Virus record (IMG/VR): IMGVR_UViG_3300037297_000066
Span: 248,001 to 312,000 of that record
Direction: 5' to 3' (one strand)
Length of the DNA stretch: 64,000 nt
Positions within the stretch are counted from its first letter, which is position 1. Each line of letters begins with the position of its first letter. This document shows, one piece after another, positions 9,715 to 20,324 of this stretch. A program made the translations under genes and the position numbers. The notes under the pieces were generated by a model. The model saw only the letters and a program-made list of their open reading frames with translations. It made no database searches and was not told where the DNA came from.

Positions 9715-10218
9715 GGCCACGATGATCCGTTGACCCTTCAGGGACTGGACGTCGGTGTGCAGGAAGTTCTTCATGATCTCAGGAACGTAGCTGTAGAGCT
9801 TTCGGTTCTCTTTCCACACACCTTCTACGATTCGTCCTTTTCCTGTACGGTCCCCCTCATCCACAGTGAAGTAGGCCACAAGAGCGTAGCTGGCTACTTC
9901 AATGACTTCCTCACGTTCTTCGGACTCCCAGAGCTGGTCCAACACGTTTGACACAGTGGCCGTTTCGGCTCCTTGAGCAAGAAACTTCAGGACAGCCTCG
10001 TTGTGGGTAGGGGAGCAGTGTTGGGGGTCGTACACTAGGTTATCCACCCCGAGCGTACGTAGAAAGTCGGCTGTCTTGTCGCAACGTCCTCCCCCAACAT
10101 CGACATTGATCATCCCCCGTTTCCACACTCTCGCCTCAGCCAACACTCTGTACAAAAGTGGGACTTCCTCGCAACAGCAAGACGTTTGTGGGGCCACTCC
10201 GCCTAAGTGACCCCACAA
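9709..10218 (-). CDS. SAM-dependent methyltransferase-like protein
   Basis: NVDVGGG, VYDP and TVSNVLDQL motifs. Confidence 0.65.
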   Translation of the reverse strand: MWGHLGGVAPQTSCCCEEVPLLYRVLAEARVWKRGMINVDVGGGRCDKTADFLRTLGVDNLVYDPQHCSPTHNEAVLKFLAQGAETATVSNVLDQLWESEEREEVIEVASYALVAYFTVDEGDRTGKGRIVEGVWKENRKLYSYVPEIMKNFLHTDVQSLKGQRIIVAW

Positions 10219-10223
10219 ATAGT

Positions 10224-11165
10224 TCAGGCTTGGACCACTTTCAGGTGCTGTAACCGTTCCAGATCAACGTCGTGAGCCGTGTTGTCAGTATCGGTCCACT
10301 TCATGCGTTTCCCGGACTTCTGGATACGTGTCACTCCCACGATCTTCTGCACTCGGTGGCAACCCTTACGCCCTGGGATAGGTTCACTTTCAGATAATTC
10401 TACCAGGTCTCCCACTCGCAAATGGTCGGGGGGAATGTAGACCACCTTAGAAGAGTTTCCTTGGTGCCGGTTAGCCAAGGCTCGGGCAACCCTTTCCTGG
10501 AGCTCCTTTTCGGTGATGAGAAGGTCATTGACCTGAGTAGGATCCGAACTAGCTTTCGTGACGAAAGAGTCTCCAGGTAACTGGGAGGCTTTCGTAGCTA
10601 GTCCTGATTGGATCTCTTCATCCATGTCTTCTAGCTGTGTCCGTGTAGGAGGCATCCGAATGTTGGGGCTGACTCCTCGTTCCCTAGCGTTGGCGTGAAT
10701 GCGTTCGACGTGGTTGAAAGGTAGAGGAGCTCCCCGAGCTGGGACCACGAAGGGAATGTCTAGATGACCACTCTCCTGCCCTTCAACCAAAGACTTCAAA
10801 GTGAAAGGTTTCACCTGAAGTAATAGGAGTTGGTTGGTCCAGAAAGACTCTTCGGCTTCCGGGGTCCTCTCAACGGAGATCCCCAAGCTTCTAGCTTGAT
10901 CGAAGAACCCGCTACCTGGCTTTTCAGTCTCGGCATTGACCACTACCGCCGTCGAGAGGGGGCGTTTATCCTGGTGGTCTTCTTCGGCAATGATGGCCAG
11001 AATCTCGGCCAAACCTCGTCCTCGAATGGCGTGTTTGACCGTATCGGCTACGGCTCCGTAGCTCACGAGAAGGTGTAGATGGTGGGCATAATGGGAGAGG
11101 ATGCCTCGGACACAAGCTACGTGTAGGGCGTCCACTACCCGCTTCTCAGCGTGATTTAGCGTCAT
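10224..11165 (-). CDS. hypothetical protein
   Basis: 313-aa ORF; RPLSTAVVVNAETEKPGSGFF. Confidence 0.65.
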   Translation of the reverse strand: MTLNHAEKRVVDALHVACVRGILSHYAHHLHLLVSYGAVADTVKHAIRGRGLAEILAIIAEEDHQDKRPLSTAVVVNAETEKPGSGFFDQARSLGISVERTPEAEESFWTNQLLLLQVKPFTLKSLVEGQESGHLDIPFVVPARGAPLPFNHVERIHANARERGVSPNIRMPPTRTQLEDMDEEIQSGLATKASQLPGDSFVTKASSDPTQVNDLLITEKELQERVARALANRHQGNSSKVVYIPPDHLRVGDLVELSESEPIPGRKGCHRVQKIVGVTRIQKSGKRMKWTDTDNTAHDVDLERLQHLKVVQA

Positions 11166-11296
11166 GACTGACTCCGTTCGATTGTCGCTCGCCAGTTTGT
11201 GCGAGCCAGCGACAGACCATCCCGTCGCTACCTGGAGTCACCCTACAAGTAGAAGTTCAACCTGGCTTGGTAACTTACTTGTAGGCTTCCCAAAGC

Positions 11297-11596
11297 ATGA
11301 AGAACTACGACTACGATCGTACAAAGACGGCCGCCAAGGCCAAGGTACCCGTCTTCTCGAAGTTCGAGGTCAAGGTACCTGCCAAGAAGATCGAGTCAGA
11401 AGTAGCCAAGCACTACGACGTGGTACCCGGATCTTGCAAGTTGCAAAGAGGGGTTGAGCAGAAGCACAACGGTGCTTACGTCAACTTCACCTGCCAAAGC
11501 AAGGATGGGGAAACCCTGACAGGCTCCGTGACCACCTCTTTGGAAAACCACGGGAACGCCATCAGGGCCATGGCCTTCATCAACGTGGACGGCTAG
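11297..11596 (+). CDS. hypothetical protein with N-terminal YDYDR motif
   Basis: MKNYDYDRTKTAA. Confidence 0.7.
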   Translation: MKNYDYDRTKTAAKAKVPVFSKFEVKVPAKKIESEVAKHYDVVPGSCKLQRGVEQKHNGAYVNFTCQSKDGETLTGSVTTSLENHGNAIRAMAFINVDG

Positions 11597-11883
11597 TCTG
11601 ACTCGATGACACAGAGGATGGTGTCCTCTGACTGGACCACTACCTCTTCTCCGTCGAGGATGGTTTCGTTGCTGGCGTAGGACTGGAACACCACGTGGTC
11701 CCCGACTTTGACCTCCATTGGAAGTCGCCCGCCGTTCTTCAGGAACTTGCCGGGGCCCACGGCCAGGACCTCTCCCTCGTAGGGAGTTTCTTTGGCGGTC
11801 GGGGGGATGTAGATCCCTCCGGCACTCATCTCTTCAGCTTCTTTTCGCCGAATCACTACCTGGTTGTGAAGAGGTCGTAGCAT
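11593..11883 (-). CDS. groES: co-chaperonin GroES
   Basis: LRPLHNQVVIRR, SAGGIYIP, GEVLAVGPG and VKVGDHV motifs. Confidence 0.95.
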   Translation of the reverse strand: MLRPLHNQVVIRRKEAEEMSAGGIYIPPTAKETPYEGEVLAVGPGKFLKNGGRLPMEVKVGDHVVFQSYASNETILDGEEVVVQSEDTILCVIESD

Positions 11884-12110
11884 CTCTTGATCTCCATCTG
11901 AAGTAGAGCAACAGCAGGCCGATTGCTCCCCAGAGCCCTGTGACGGACCACATGAGGGGATGGTTAGCCATTAGGCTGAGCAGGACCAACCCTATCAAAG
12001 GTAGCCCGAAGGTTACAAGGTCCAAAACGGTTCTCTGGCTCATAACTCAACTCCTGAAAGGGGTCGCTAGTTAAGCCAGGGCATAAACAGGTGCGGGGAA
12101 CTGAACCCTT

Positions 12111-12731
12111 CTACTGGCAGTAGGAGCACGAACACCCAAGCCTTTCCAAGGTCATGCAGTCCACTTCCAGACCCGTACAGGAGTTGGAGTCTCCGCAAGC
12201 ACATCCGGATGCGTAGATGCAGGCGTCGTCACAGTAGAACACACAAGTGTCGTACACATCATAGTCAGGAGTGAGACACCTTTCCTCTAGCTCAGCTTGA
12301 GTGAGCAGGCAGTCGTCTCCTGAAGATCCCCCCGAAGAAGATCCGCCAGAGCCTCCCAGTATGTCTTCTTGGCAATCCCCGTCACAATCGAGGTAGGCAC
12401 TCTCATCCGCTTGAGCCTGCGCTTCGTCAACGAAGGTTCCTTGTTCTGCGTCCCACACACCCTGGTCTTGCACCGGGGCATTCCATCGCAAGGCGAGTCC
12501 TGCACAAGACACGTCTTCGATGCAGGCGACTCGACAAGCGACGTACTCCTCTGGGTAGTCAGCCCAATCATTAGCGTGACGGGCATCTAGCTCGCAGTCG
12601 TAAAGCCTCTGATTGTAGCGGGCTGTCAGATCAGGGTAACTGTTGTGTGAAGGCTCATCTTCTTCCACTTCTGGGAGAAGCCCACAAGCCGTGAAAAATG
12701 CCACAAAACCAAGAAGAGTTTTCGTTGTCAT
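12111..12731 (-). CDS. Cys-rich predicted lipoprotein
   Basis: signal peptide with FTAC lipobox; many Cys; GGSGGSSSGGSSG linker. Confidence 0.65.
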   Translation of the reverse strand: MTTKTLLGFVAFFTACGLLPEVEEDEPSHNSYPDLTARYNQRLYDCELDARHANDWADYPEEYVACRVACIEDVSCAGLALRWNAPVQDQGVWDAEQGTFVDEAQAQADESAYLDCDGDCQEDILGGSGGSSSGGSSGDDCLLTQAELEERCLTPDYDVYDTCVFYCDDACIYASGCACGDSNSCTGLEVDCMTLERLGCSCSYCQ

Positions 12732-13213
12732 GTCAGATCATACACCGTGACGGGGACTCGGACGACCTTCTGAATGATCTCTTCGATCCGACTCCAATCC
12801 CCTCCAGCCAAGCCAGCACCCATCCGGGGCATGTGGATGGTGGCGTTGTTGATCCTGGCCCGTACGTTGACCTGGAAAAGTCCTGAGTGGATAGCCTCGT
12901 AACGGATGGGGTGCTTGTTTTCCGTTCGTCGAACTCCGTGCTGGCCGATGACATTAGCCACCCAGAGCTGGGTCTCCACTTCGATGAACTGGACGCTTCC
13001 CAACCCGAACTTCCCCACGACCTGGACTCGGCCATCCAAACAACGTCCCGTCCGGTACCATAGACGATAGGCGTTCTCGACGTCCGGCCAACGACGGGTC
13101 AGAGCCTTGACGAAACCCGCACCCCACCGGCCTTCATCGTTGCAGCAGTGAGCGATGATTTTGGAGCCTTCTCCCCAGGGACGGGTGGCGTCACCTTTGA
13201 CGTACTGAATCAA
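12728..13213 (-). CDS. macro domain protein (Poa1p-like)
   Basis: YVKGDAT, IIAHCCN..WGAGF, VANVIGQ and IHMPRMGAGLAGGDW motifs. Confidence 0.9.
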   Translation of the reverse strand: MIQYVKGDATRPWGEGSKIIAHCCNDEGRWGAGFVKALTRRWPDVENAYRLWYRTGRCLDGRVQVVGKFGLGSVQFIEVETQLWVANVIGQHGVRRTENKHPIRYEAIHSGLFQVNVRARINNATIHMPRMGAGLAGGDWSRIEEIIQKVVRVPVTVYDLT

Positions 13214-13764
13214 TGTTCCCAGGACAAATAGGACGGTAGTAGTTGGCCAAACGGATGAACATGTGTGTTCTATAGGTGAAATGGTTGTGAAGGATGTTGT
13301 GAATGCCCACCTGGACGTTCATTCCTCCACCCCTTTTTACAAGATTAGCGGCTTCAAGCAGGCTAACCTTGCAGAATTTACAGCAGATTCCGTGACTTCC
13401 TGCTACCCACCTATGCTTTTTCAAGCATCTGAAGAGCCAGTCGAACATGACTCCGGAACGTACCACATTTCTTTGGGTTTTGCCTGGCATTCCGGGCAGA
13501 CCCAGATCCGGGGATCCTCGGCAGTGGGGCCTGGTCGGGTCACGTACCCAACTCCTCGGGCAGAGTCAGCCGCCTTTCCTGGGTCTACAGCGGGCCCTGT
13601 AGCGGCTTTCCCACACAGGTCACAACGACACACCCAGAATGGCCGAGGCTCTTCATAGAGGGGTGGCGGGGCGTCCACAAGGTACTCTTCTTTGGTTCGT
13701 TCAATCATGAGTCCAATCCCAGCCAGTGGGTCCTTTCTTGGGGGGAAACGGGTGTGGTTGCTTA

Positions 13765-15240
13765 CTACTCGTAAGTAGCCCGTTGAAAGAGTCGGGGTGT
13801 TGTCAAGGCCAGTCGAGTTACCCGAGCTCCCAGACGGGTGCACGCTCGGTGGTAGGCACTGGAAAGGTGGTCGCTTGAGTACTCGTGGGCGTACTCGTGA
13901 ATCAGCAGACTCAGAAGGTCCTCATCATCGAACTCTCTGTTGGGCCACTCCTTTCCAAGTCGCCCCAGGTTCAAGCAGAGCCAGCCGCCTTTTTCGTAGT
14001 TGGCCGTCCAAGTCACGTGAGGTTCTAGAACGTAGCGAACTGTCACCGTGTGGTTGTCGAACAAGTTGCTTCCCAAAGCTCCACAGAACCTACTCAGCCC
14101 TATCATCTCCTTGGTCCAAGACTCTTCGGGAATGACTTTCTCGGGGTGTCCGTTGGGATCGTAAGGCTTGGGGCTAGGGGTAACCTGGCCGGCGGGAAGG
14201 ATGGCTTCGGTTTCCTTGATTCGGCCCCATACTGCCTTGGAGTAGGCCCCACCGGGAACCACTGTGTATCCCTGGGAGTGAGCAAGCTTCGTTCCCTCTG
14301 AGTCACTGGGATCGAAGATCACAGCCTTGTTTCCGTGTTGGGTGATCACCACGTCTTTGACCGCCCTGGACTCAGTTCGAGGGTCCCCCAGGGCCTCTTG
14401 CAGGAGCCCCGAAGAGACCTCTTCTGCAGACAGCTTGTTGCTCAGGGCATTGAGGATAGCCACTCCCAAAGCCTTCCGATAACTCGGAGGGACATTGTTC
14501 CGTTCCCAGTTGACAGGGACCTTCTGCTGGACGTCTGCATGGTAGGTCAAGGACTCGTCGAGCTCAACGACGGGGATGCCCAGCTCGTAGATGTGGGCGG
14601 TCTCTCCCTCCCGAACTTCGTAGAGCTGGATTCTGGTGTTGCGAGTGGTGGTTCTGAGATTACCCTCGTCGTCTGCTCGGACCGTTTGGAGGGGCATCTC
14701 AACGCTGGCCACGGAGCTTCGGGACTTCAGCCGTTCTCCGTTGATGTAGGTTCCCACGTCCTCGGGGGGAGCCAACTTGTGAATGTCCTGCATCATAGTG
14801 GCGTACTGATCTCTGGTCATCCGGATGTGGGCCGTGATGAGGGATCCTGTTTCCCGTTTCCTCCTACTATGCTGTCGCTTACCATCTTGGATGGTGATGG
14901 TACCTTTCGTCGTCTTCAGTTCAATGAAGGTGGAGAGGGCAATCACCAGCTTCTCTCCGATCTCGAAGCGCCCTCTGAGCTCGGGGTTGCCTGCCTTCTT
15001 GGAATCCCGGTACATCGTGAAGAAGGACTCCAGAAAGGCAAAGCCTTCGGGGGAATCATCCTCGACCAGAATCTCACAGACAGGACGGCCGGGGAGCATT
15101 TCGGCGGACACCCTCACGTAGGTGACCCCGGGCTCGTCCCAGGCATTCTGGAGCAGCTCGTAGATGACGAACGCTTTGGGGCGATGCTCTAATTTGCGGG
15201 CCAGTCCCTTCAAATCGACGACAATTGCGGGCTCACTCAT
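13765..15240 (-). CDS. GHKL (HATPase_c) ATPase domain protein
   Basis: YELLQNAWDE, VEDDSPEGF and RGRFEIGEK motifs; C-terminal IHEYAHE (HExxH). Confidence 0.8.
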   Translation of the reverse strand: MSEPAIVVDLKGLARKLEHRPKAFVIYELLQNAWDEPGVTYVRVSAEMLPGRPVCEILVEDDSPEGFAFLESFFTMYRDSKKAGNPELRGRFEIGEKLVIALSTFIELKTTKGTITIQDGKRQHSRRKRETGSLITAHIRMTRDQYATMMQDIHKLAPPEDVGTYINGERLKSRSSVASVEMPLQTVRADDEGNLRTTTRNTRIQLYEVREGETAHIYELGIPVVELDESLTYHADVQQKVPVNWERNNVPPSYRKALGVAILNALSNKLSAEEVSSGLLQEALGDPRTESRAVKDVVITQHGNKAVIFDPSDSEGTKLAHSQGYTVVPGGAYSKAVWGRIKETEAILPAGQVTPSPKPYDPNGHPEKVIPEESWTKEMIGLSRFCGALGSNLFDNHTVTVRYVLEPHVTWTANYEKGGWLCLNLGRLGKEWPNREFDDEDLLSLLIHEYAHEYSSDHLSSAYHRACTRLGARVTRLALTTPRLFQRATYE

Positions 15241-15372
15241 GGGATCACACTCCACTGTACACCAGGAGACCTGGATCTAGAGATTTTCCAGTAGAACACC
15301 TGAGGGGCCTCAAATTTAACCCAGGGGTTTGGCCCGTTGGCCAGGAAACTCTTTCGATGCTCCCCCTAAAAC

Positions 15373-15888
15373 GTGAGCCTCAACGCTGATGAGATTGTGC
15401 CGGGACTATGGCAGGGAGCCGTACCTGACTTTGGACCTGCCGTAGCCCAGGCCGGATTCGATGTGCTGGTTCTGACCGCCTCAGAACACCAACGTTCTAC
15501 CGTCTACTACCCTGATGTGAAGGTCATCCAGGCCCCTAACGACGACAGTGTGGGGCGCCCCCTCACTCCCCACAAGCTTCGGACCGCTGTCAGGACAGCT
15601 GTGGAGGTGGCTCGGGATGTTCAGCAGGGGAAAAGAGTGTTGGTGACATGTGCCGCTGGCATGAACCGTTCAGGGTTCGTGGTAGCCCTAGCACTTCACC
15701 TGCTCTACGGGATGAGTGGAGAGATGGCGATCCAGTGGGTCCGCTTCAAGCGACGTAGAGGACATGATGGGTATCGCCCCCTGAGCAACAGGGAGTTCAA
15801 CGAGGTGTTGCGACGGTTGCCCACCGAACCTCCAAAGATCCCAGCCCCCAACATGCTGGTAGAGAGAGCTCCTAGATTCTTGCTCTAG
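15373..15888 (+). CDS. dual-specificity protein phosphatase
   Basis: EIVPGLWQG and VLVTCAAGMNRSG (CX5R). Confidence 0.88.
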   Translation: MSLNADEIVPGLWQGAVPDFGPAVAQAGFDVLVLTASEHQRSTVYYPDVKVIQAPNDDSVGRPLTPHKLRTAVRTAVEVARDVQQGKRVLVTCAAGMNRSGFVVALALHLLYGMSGEMAIQWVRFKRRRGHDGYRPLSNREFNEVLRRLPTEPPKIPAPNMLVERAPRFLL

Positions 15889-16244
15889 CCTTTTAGTTGC
15901 TGTTTGAAGTACTCCAACAGCTGCTGGTAGAGCTCGGGATTTTTCTCCTGCATCGAGTGAAAAGAGCTCGATTCGTAATGGAAGTATCCCCAACTATGCA
16001 AGTAGAGGTAGTTTCCGCAGATCTTCTTGCAGAGATGAACCTTGACGACAGGGAAGACATCTTGTTGCGTCTCTTCTAGTGAGATGTAGAAGGCATCACA
16101 GTCCTCAACTAGTAGACTTCGAGAGCACCACTTCTCATTTATCAAAACAGCATCAGGGTACTGTTCTTGGACCGCCTGTATGAACTCCAAACGGGTTTGC
16201 AAGTAGAGCTCTTCGTTTTGCAGGTGGGATGAAGGGGAGGGCAT
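15885..16244 (-). CDS. hypothetical protein
   Basis: 119-aa ORF. Confidence 0.55.
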   Translation of the reverse strand: MPSPSSHLQNEELYLQTRLEFIQAVQEQYPDAVLINEKWCSRSLLVEDCDAFYISLEETQQDVFPVVKVHLCKKICGNYLYLHSWGYFHYESSSFHSMQEKNPELYQQLLEYFKQQLKG

Positions 16245-16252
16245 TGTTTACC

Positions 16253-16738
16253 TCAGAACCACTTGAGAGCTAGACCGTTGATGATTAGGTGGAGGGTGTT
16301 GTCTGTGAAGATCATGAGCCAGACAGTTAGCCAAACTGGTCTGTTAGAGGGGTAGCCCGTGACCGAACAATCCTTCCAAGGGTAACTTCGGATCAGCTTG
16401 GTTTCACCGCAACGGGAACACTCAAAGTCATCTTCCTTGTGCTTGTCTTTCATTTTCTGGCAAGTACATACCGGTACTTCGATCCACTTGGGAGCTAGAA
16501 GGTTTTTGGCCCAACACAGATAGCGAGCCAACCGCCACCTGTCGATGATGAAATGGGTGGCTATGATGGTGGCCAGGGCCCACGGGGATTGCGTCAAGAA
16601 CAGGAAAGGAAGAGCGTAGGTGAAGGCGTGAGCCAAACACGGCCAGCTAGATTTTGTCTTGTTCGTGGCCATCCAATCCGACTGCAGGAGATAGTCTCCC
16701 ACTAGATGGCAGACCAACATGTCCCCTGTAATCAGCAT
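16253..16738 (-). CDS. DUF3307-like membrane protein
   Basis: HLVGDYLLQSDWMA, THFIIDRW and DNTLHL motifs. Confidence 0.8.
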   Translation of the reverse strand: MLITGDMLVCHLVGDYLLQSDWMATNKTKSSWPCLAHAFTYALPFLFLTQSPWALATIIATHFIIDRWRLARYLCWAKNLLAPKWIEVPVCTCQKMKDKHKEDDFECSRCGETKLIRSYPWKDCSVTGYPSNRPVWLTVWLMIFTDNTLHLIINGLALKWF

Positions 16739-16741
16739 GGC

Positions 16742-17053
16742 CTATTTCTGTACCATGTCTGACCTTCGTAGTACATGGATTTGGTTGACTACCGAGGCCA
16801 AGGCTTCCCCTCGAATGTCTTCATCCCAAGGTACTTCGGATTCGGAGAGCCACTCCCACTCCCCGTAGCCCCCTTCATCTCCCTCTGAGTCGTAGAACTT
16901 GGCTAGCTTGAACCCGTCGCTCTTTCTACGCCGCTTCTCGTAGTGGTAACGGTCCAAGAACAGCAAATTCCCTTCAAGAGAGAACACCCACCGGTGCCGA
17001 GACAGTCGGTTGGGAGATTCTCGGACAACCTGGAAGGGTCCCCGAGACATCAC
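16742..17053 (-). CDS. hypothetical protein
   Basis: 103-aa ORF. Confidence 0.55.
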   Translation of the reverse strand: MMSRGPFQVVRESPNRLSRHRWVFSLEGNLLFLDRYHYEKRRRKSDGFKLAKFYDSEGDEGGYGEWEWLSESEVPWDEDIRGEALASVVNQIHVLRRSDMVQK

Positions 17054-17415
17054 TTCTCACAGTCAGTCTCAGGGTTCCTGAGCCGGTACTCTTCGATTTG
17101 GTCGCAGCGAACGACCAGTCGGGTGCATTTGGGGTTGATGGCTGCCTTACGGTCTTGGAGCTCGTGGCACCAATCTACACAGCTCTGGTTGGGAGCCGTA
17201 GCCCCTCCGGCTCCCCCGGGAGGAAGATCCGAGTTGTAAACGGCGTTGCCCTCTTCACACCCCAGGGTCTGCCAGGTCTGGCAGGCTTCAGCACAATAGG
17301 TAGGGTCTGAGGCTGGTCCAGGGGGAGGCTCCGGAACTACAGGATCTTGAGGATCACAGGAGCTGCACCCACAAAGAAGGGAAGAAACCAGCAAAATAGC
17401 GAAATGCCTGATCAT
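17050..17415 (-). CDS. Cys-rich predicted lipoprotein
   Basis: LLCGC lipobox-like N-terminus. Confidence 0.6.
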   Translation of the reverse strand: MIRHFAILLVSSLLCGCSSCDPQDPVVPEPPPGPASDPTYCAEACQTWQTLGCEEGNAVYNSDLPPGGAGGATAPNQSCVDWCHELQDRKAAINPKCTRLVVRCDQIEEYRLRNPETDCEK

Positions 17416-17527
17416 ACCAACCTCACGCTATAGAGAAATTCTTCTTGTCACATTTCTGATGCGATGTGTCTGTCTAGTTCCCAGAGGGGTCTTTGAACCC
17501 AGGGATTCTACACACCAAAGGCTCCCC

Positions 17528-18376
17528 ATGCCAACGATCAAATCCGTAACCAAACCCCAAATCCGAATGGACTACCGTAAATTGCGGAAGTCTGGCTACC
17601 TACCTGACCCTCCCAAGAAGCGGGGAGAAACTCCAGATCGAGTTTTTGAGACTCAACTCCAACCCCGCCTAAAGACCTTTTTCCAGGGAGACGTGGATTT
17701 GTCTCCCTACACCACTGAAACCAACCAGCTCAACGCTTCTTCTTGCGCAGGCAACTCGACGGCCGACAGTGTGGAGATCCTCAATGCTGTCGAAGGGCGC
17801 CCCCGTGTCGAGTTGAGTCGTTTGTTCGTCTACAACTTAGCTCGGTCCATGATGGACATTGACCAAGATGGTTGCGGCGACATCAACTACGACGACGGTA
17901 CGTACATCCGTTTGGCCTTCTCGGTCCTGAGCAAGTTTGGGATCTGTGAAGAGTCAGACTGGCCCTATGACCTTCGTCGGAACCTTTACCGGCTTCCCAG
18001 CATCATTGCTATGCGTAGGGCCACTGGGCATCGCATCCACAGCTACTATCGAATCACGGCCAAAGGGGAGGAACGCTGTGACGAGATCATCAAGGCCCTG
18101 AGAGCTAGGCATCCTGTGGTTTTCGGAACCACGATTGCTGACGACTTCAGCAAGCTTCGCACCGAAGGCCCCGTCAGTCACCCCACGAAAAACCTGAACG
18201 GCGGCCATGCTATGGTCTGCGTTGGGTACCTTCGAGGGAAGGGTTTCATCATCAAGAACTCCTGGGGTCGCACTTGGGGCTCCGACGGATTCTGTATCTT
18301 CACCCCCGACTACATGAGTTGGTCGAAGACAAGGGATATCTGGGTTCCCACCCTCGGGACCACCTTCCGGAAGTAG
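17528..18376 (+). CDS. papain-like (C1A) cysteine peptidase
   Basis: NQLNASSCAG, LSRLFVYN, GGHAMVCVGY and IIKNSWGRTWG motifs. Confidence 0.9.
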   Translation: MPTIKSVTKPQIRMDYRKLRKSGYLPDPPKKRGETPDRVFETQLQPRLKTFFQGDVDLSPYTTETNQLNASSCAGNSTADSVEILNAVEGRPRVELSRLFVYNLARSMMDIDQDGCGDINYDDGTYIRLAFSVLSKFGICEESDWPYDLRRNLYRLPSIIAMRRATGHRIHSYYRITAKGEERCDEIIKALRARHPVVFGTTIADDFSKLRTEGPVSHPTKNLNGGHAMVCVGYLRGKGFIIKNSWGRTWGSDGFCIFTPDYMSWSKTRDIWVPTLGTTFRK

Positions 18377-18382
18377 TAGTGA

Positions 18383-19249
18383 ATGGCTGATCTTGTCGAA
18401 AGAGTGGCTGCTCGGCATTTCCGGGCAGCTTTCTTCAATGTGGGCGACATAATTTTGTACGGGAAGTACAAGAACAAGAAAGGCCGCATTGTCTCTTTCG
18501 GGGAGAACGACAAAGGGCAGCCTACAGTCGAAATCGAGCCCATCCCGAAGGGCCGCAAGAAGAACAAAGTGATGGGTCTCTTCAAGATCTGGAGATCTAC
18601 TGTCGAGAAAGAAGCCACCATGACGGATACCAAGACTCTTGCCCTCAAAGTTGCCGCTAGATACCTTCAAGCTGCTCTGGGACTAGGCAGAACCCTCGAC
18701 CACGGAACCGTTCGAATCCACCGCTATCGGGATCATCTGAGAGTCACGGATTTGACCAATGCGGGTAAGCGGGGAAAGAAGGTTCGGTCGTTCTCTCTCC
18801 AACCAACCTACGCCTACAAGGGCGACGATCAGAAATGGTTGGACAACATGGCCACGCAAATGATCCGGAGCTACAAAGACTACCAGCGGATGCTCTCCTT
18901 CGTGAAAGACGTGCAACACGACTATCCAACGGAGATCTCGATCGAGGAATATGAAGAGCGGGGAATCGATGTAACCCCCGCCGGAGGCAAGCTCAAGATC
19001 GTAGGGGTCGATTTCGAGGGCACGGCAGAACCCCATGAGTTCCTGCTCAAGCACCGTACCCAAATGACTCATCCCAAGACGGGGGAGCCCTCTCACATGC
19101 AGGACACGCTCTACAGCAACGTCGGACGGAAAGACGCTGCCAAGTTCTACGCCTGGGCCAAGGACAACCTGAACACGATCAAACGAATGAGCATCCTGCA
19201 ACTTCGAAAGCAGTGGGACGCCCTGGGCGTTCGGTACGACTACCACTGA
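18383..19249 (+). CDS. hypothetical protein with two RVAARH/KVAARY motifs and a KOW-like N-terminal domain
   Basis: 288-aa ORF; FNVGDIILYGKYKNKKGRIV. Confidence 0.75.
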   Translation: MADLVERVAARHFRAAFFNVGDIILYGKYKNKKGRIVSFGENDKGQPTVEIEPIPKGRKKNKVMGLFKIWRSTVEKEATMTDTKTLALKVAARYLQAALGLGRTLDHGTVRIHRYRDHLRVTDLTNAGKRGKKVRSFSLQPTYAYKGDDQKWLDNMATQMIRSYKDYQRMLSFVKDVQHDYPTEISIEEYEERGIDVTPAGGKLKIVGVDFEGTAEPHEFLLKHRTQMTHPKTGEPSHMQDTLYSNVGRKDAAKFYAWAKDNLNTIKRMSILQLRKQWDALGVRYDYH

Positions 19250-19261
19250 AATTCGGAGCGG

Positions 19262-19291
19262 GGGTTAAGATCTGGGGCTCTCACGTGTAAT
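19262..19291 (+). promoter_or_regulatory. phage promoter-like motif GGGTTAAGATC-N8-TCACGTGTAAT
   Basis: ATG 7 nt downstream; three copies in window. Confidence 0.7.
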
Positions 19292-19297
19292 GGGAGC

Positions 19298-19594
19298 ATG
19301 ACCCCCAAAGTCGAATCCCGAATTCAAGAACTGGGCGACCAGTTGCGAGATGACGGAAGGACTTTCGTCCAGTACGAAGAAGGGGCCGAGCTAGCAGCTG
19401 AGCTGAAGGTCCACCCAAGCGTGGTCCTGAAGGCTTTGAAGTTGGCCGGTTTTGAACTTCGTCGAGAGGTGCCTCGAAAGGTTCGGGGGTTTCGTACCAA
19501 CAACCATGACCGGTGGTATGGTCCTGGAGCTGAGTCCACCCACGGGGGCACCGGGTGGGAGGTCATCTCTGGGTTCGCCGGCAAGGAAGGGTGA
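19298..19594 (+). CDS. hypothetical protein, possible HTH
   Basis: ELAAELKVHPSVVLKALK. Confidence 0.6.
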   Translation: MTPKVESRIQELGDQLRDDGRTFVQYEEGAELAAELKVHPSVVLKALKLAGFELRREVPRKVRGFRTNNHDRWYGPGAESTHGGTGWEVISGFAGKEG

Positions 19595-19895
19595 AGAGAA
19601 TGTCCAAAGCGATTCCCGACACATACATGGTTGAGTTGGCCGGTGCCGAGAATAGGTACTTGCGAGCACGGGGATGGGTACCCACTCTGTACCAACACTC
19701 AGAAAAGGGTTCCATCCGAGTTTGGGTAAGGGGTGGTGCGACATACTACCACACCAAAGCTCTTCAGATCCAAAAGGCTGCAGATCAAGCCGAGTTGGAA
19801 GAGATGGATCGAGTTCACGGGGAGCTCCTGCCCGTGAAGTTCGGGCAGACTCACGTCGCCCCGGAGAAGTAATCTGCTTGTCGGTTCACTGAGGT

Positions 19896-20324
19896 GTGAC
19901 TCCTCAGGATTTCCTCCACGAGCTAGGAGTAACTCCAAGCGTAATAAACAAGCTTCGCCGGATGCCTTTTCAACAGGCTCAGGCGAAGCTTGAGGAGATC
20001 AAAACAGTCGCCCGAAGACAATACCGGCGACTTGCTCTCAAGTACCATCCGGATCGAAACTTGGAAGATCCTGAGGGAGCTCAACAGAGTTTCATCCTGT
20101 TGGGAAATGTGCTTCAGTACGTGGAGTCGTTGAAAGTTCAACCTCCCGTTCCCCCTCCCATGCGACGGCCCGTCATGCATGTGAGTTTTCCGTTCACATC
20201 CACTACCTCTACGAGCTCTACAACTACAGGTACGTATAGCACCTACAGTTACTTCGGAATGACGGGTAACCGGCCTCGTCCTGTGTACAATGCTCGTAGG
20301 GTAATCTTCGTGCGACCGCTATGA
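19896..20324 (+). CDS. DnaJ (J-domain) protein
   Basis: ARRQYRRLALKYHPDRN (HPD). Confidence 0.85.
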   Translation: MTPQDFLHELGVTPSVINKLRRMPFQQAQAKLEEIKTVARRQYRRLALKYHPDRNLEDPEGAQQSFILLGNVLQYVESLKVQPPVPPPMRRPVMHVSFPFTSTTSTSSTTTGTYSTYSYFGMTGNRPRPVYNARRVIFVRPL

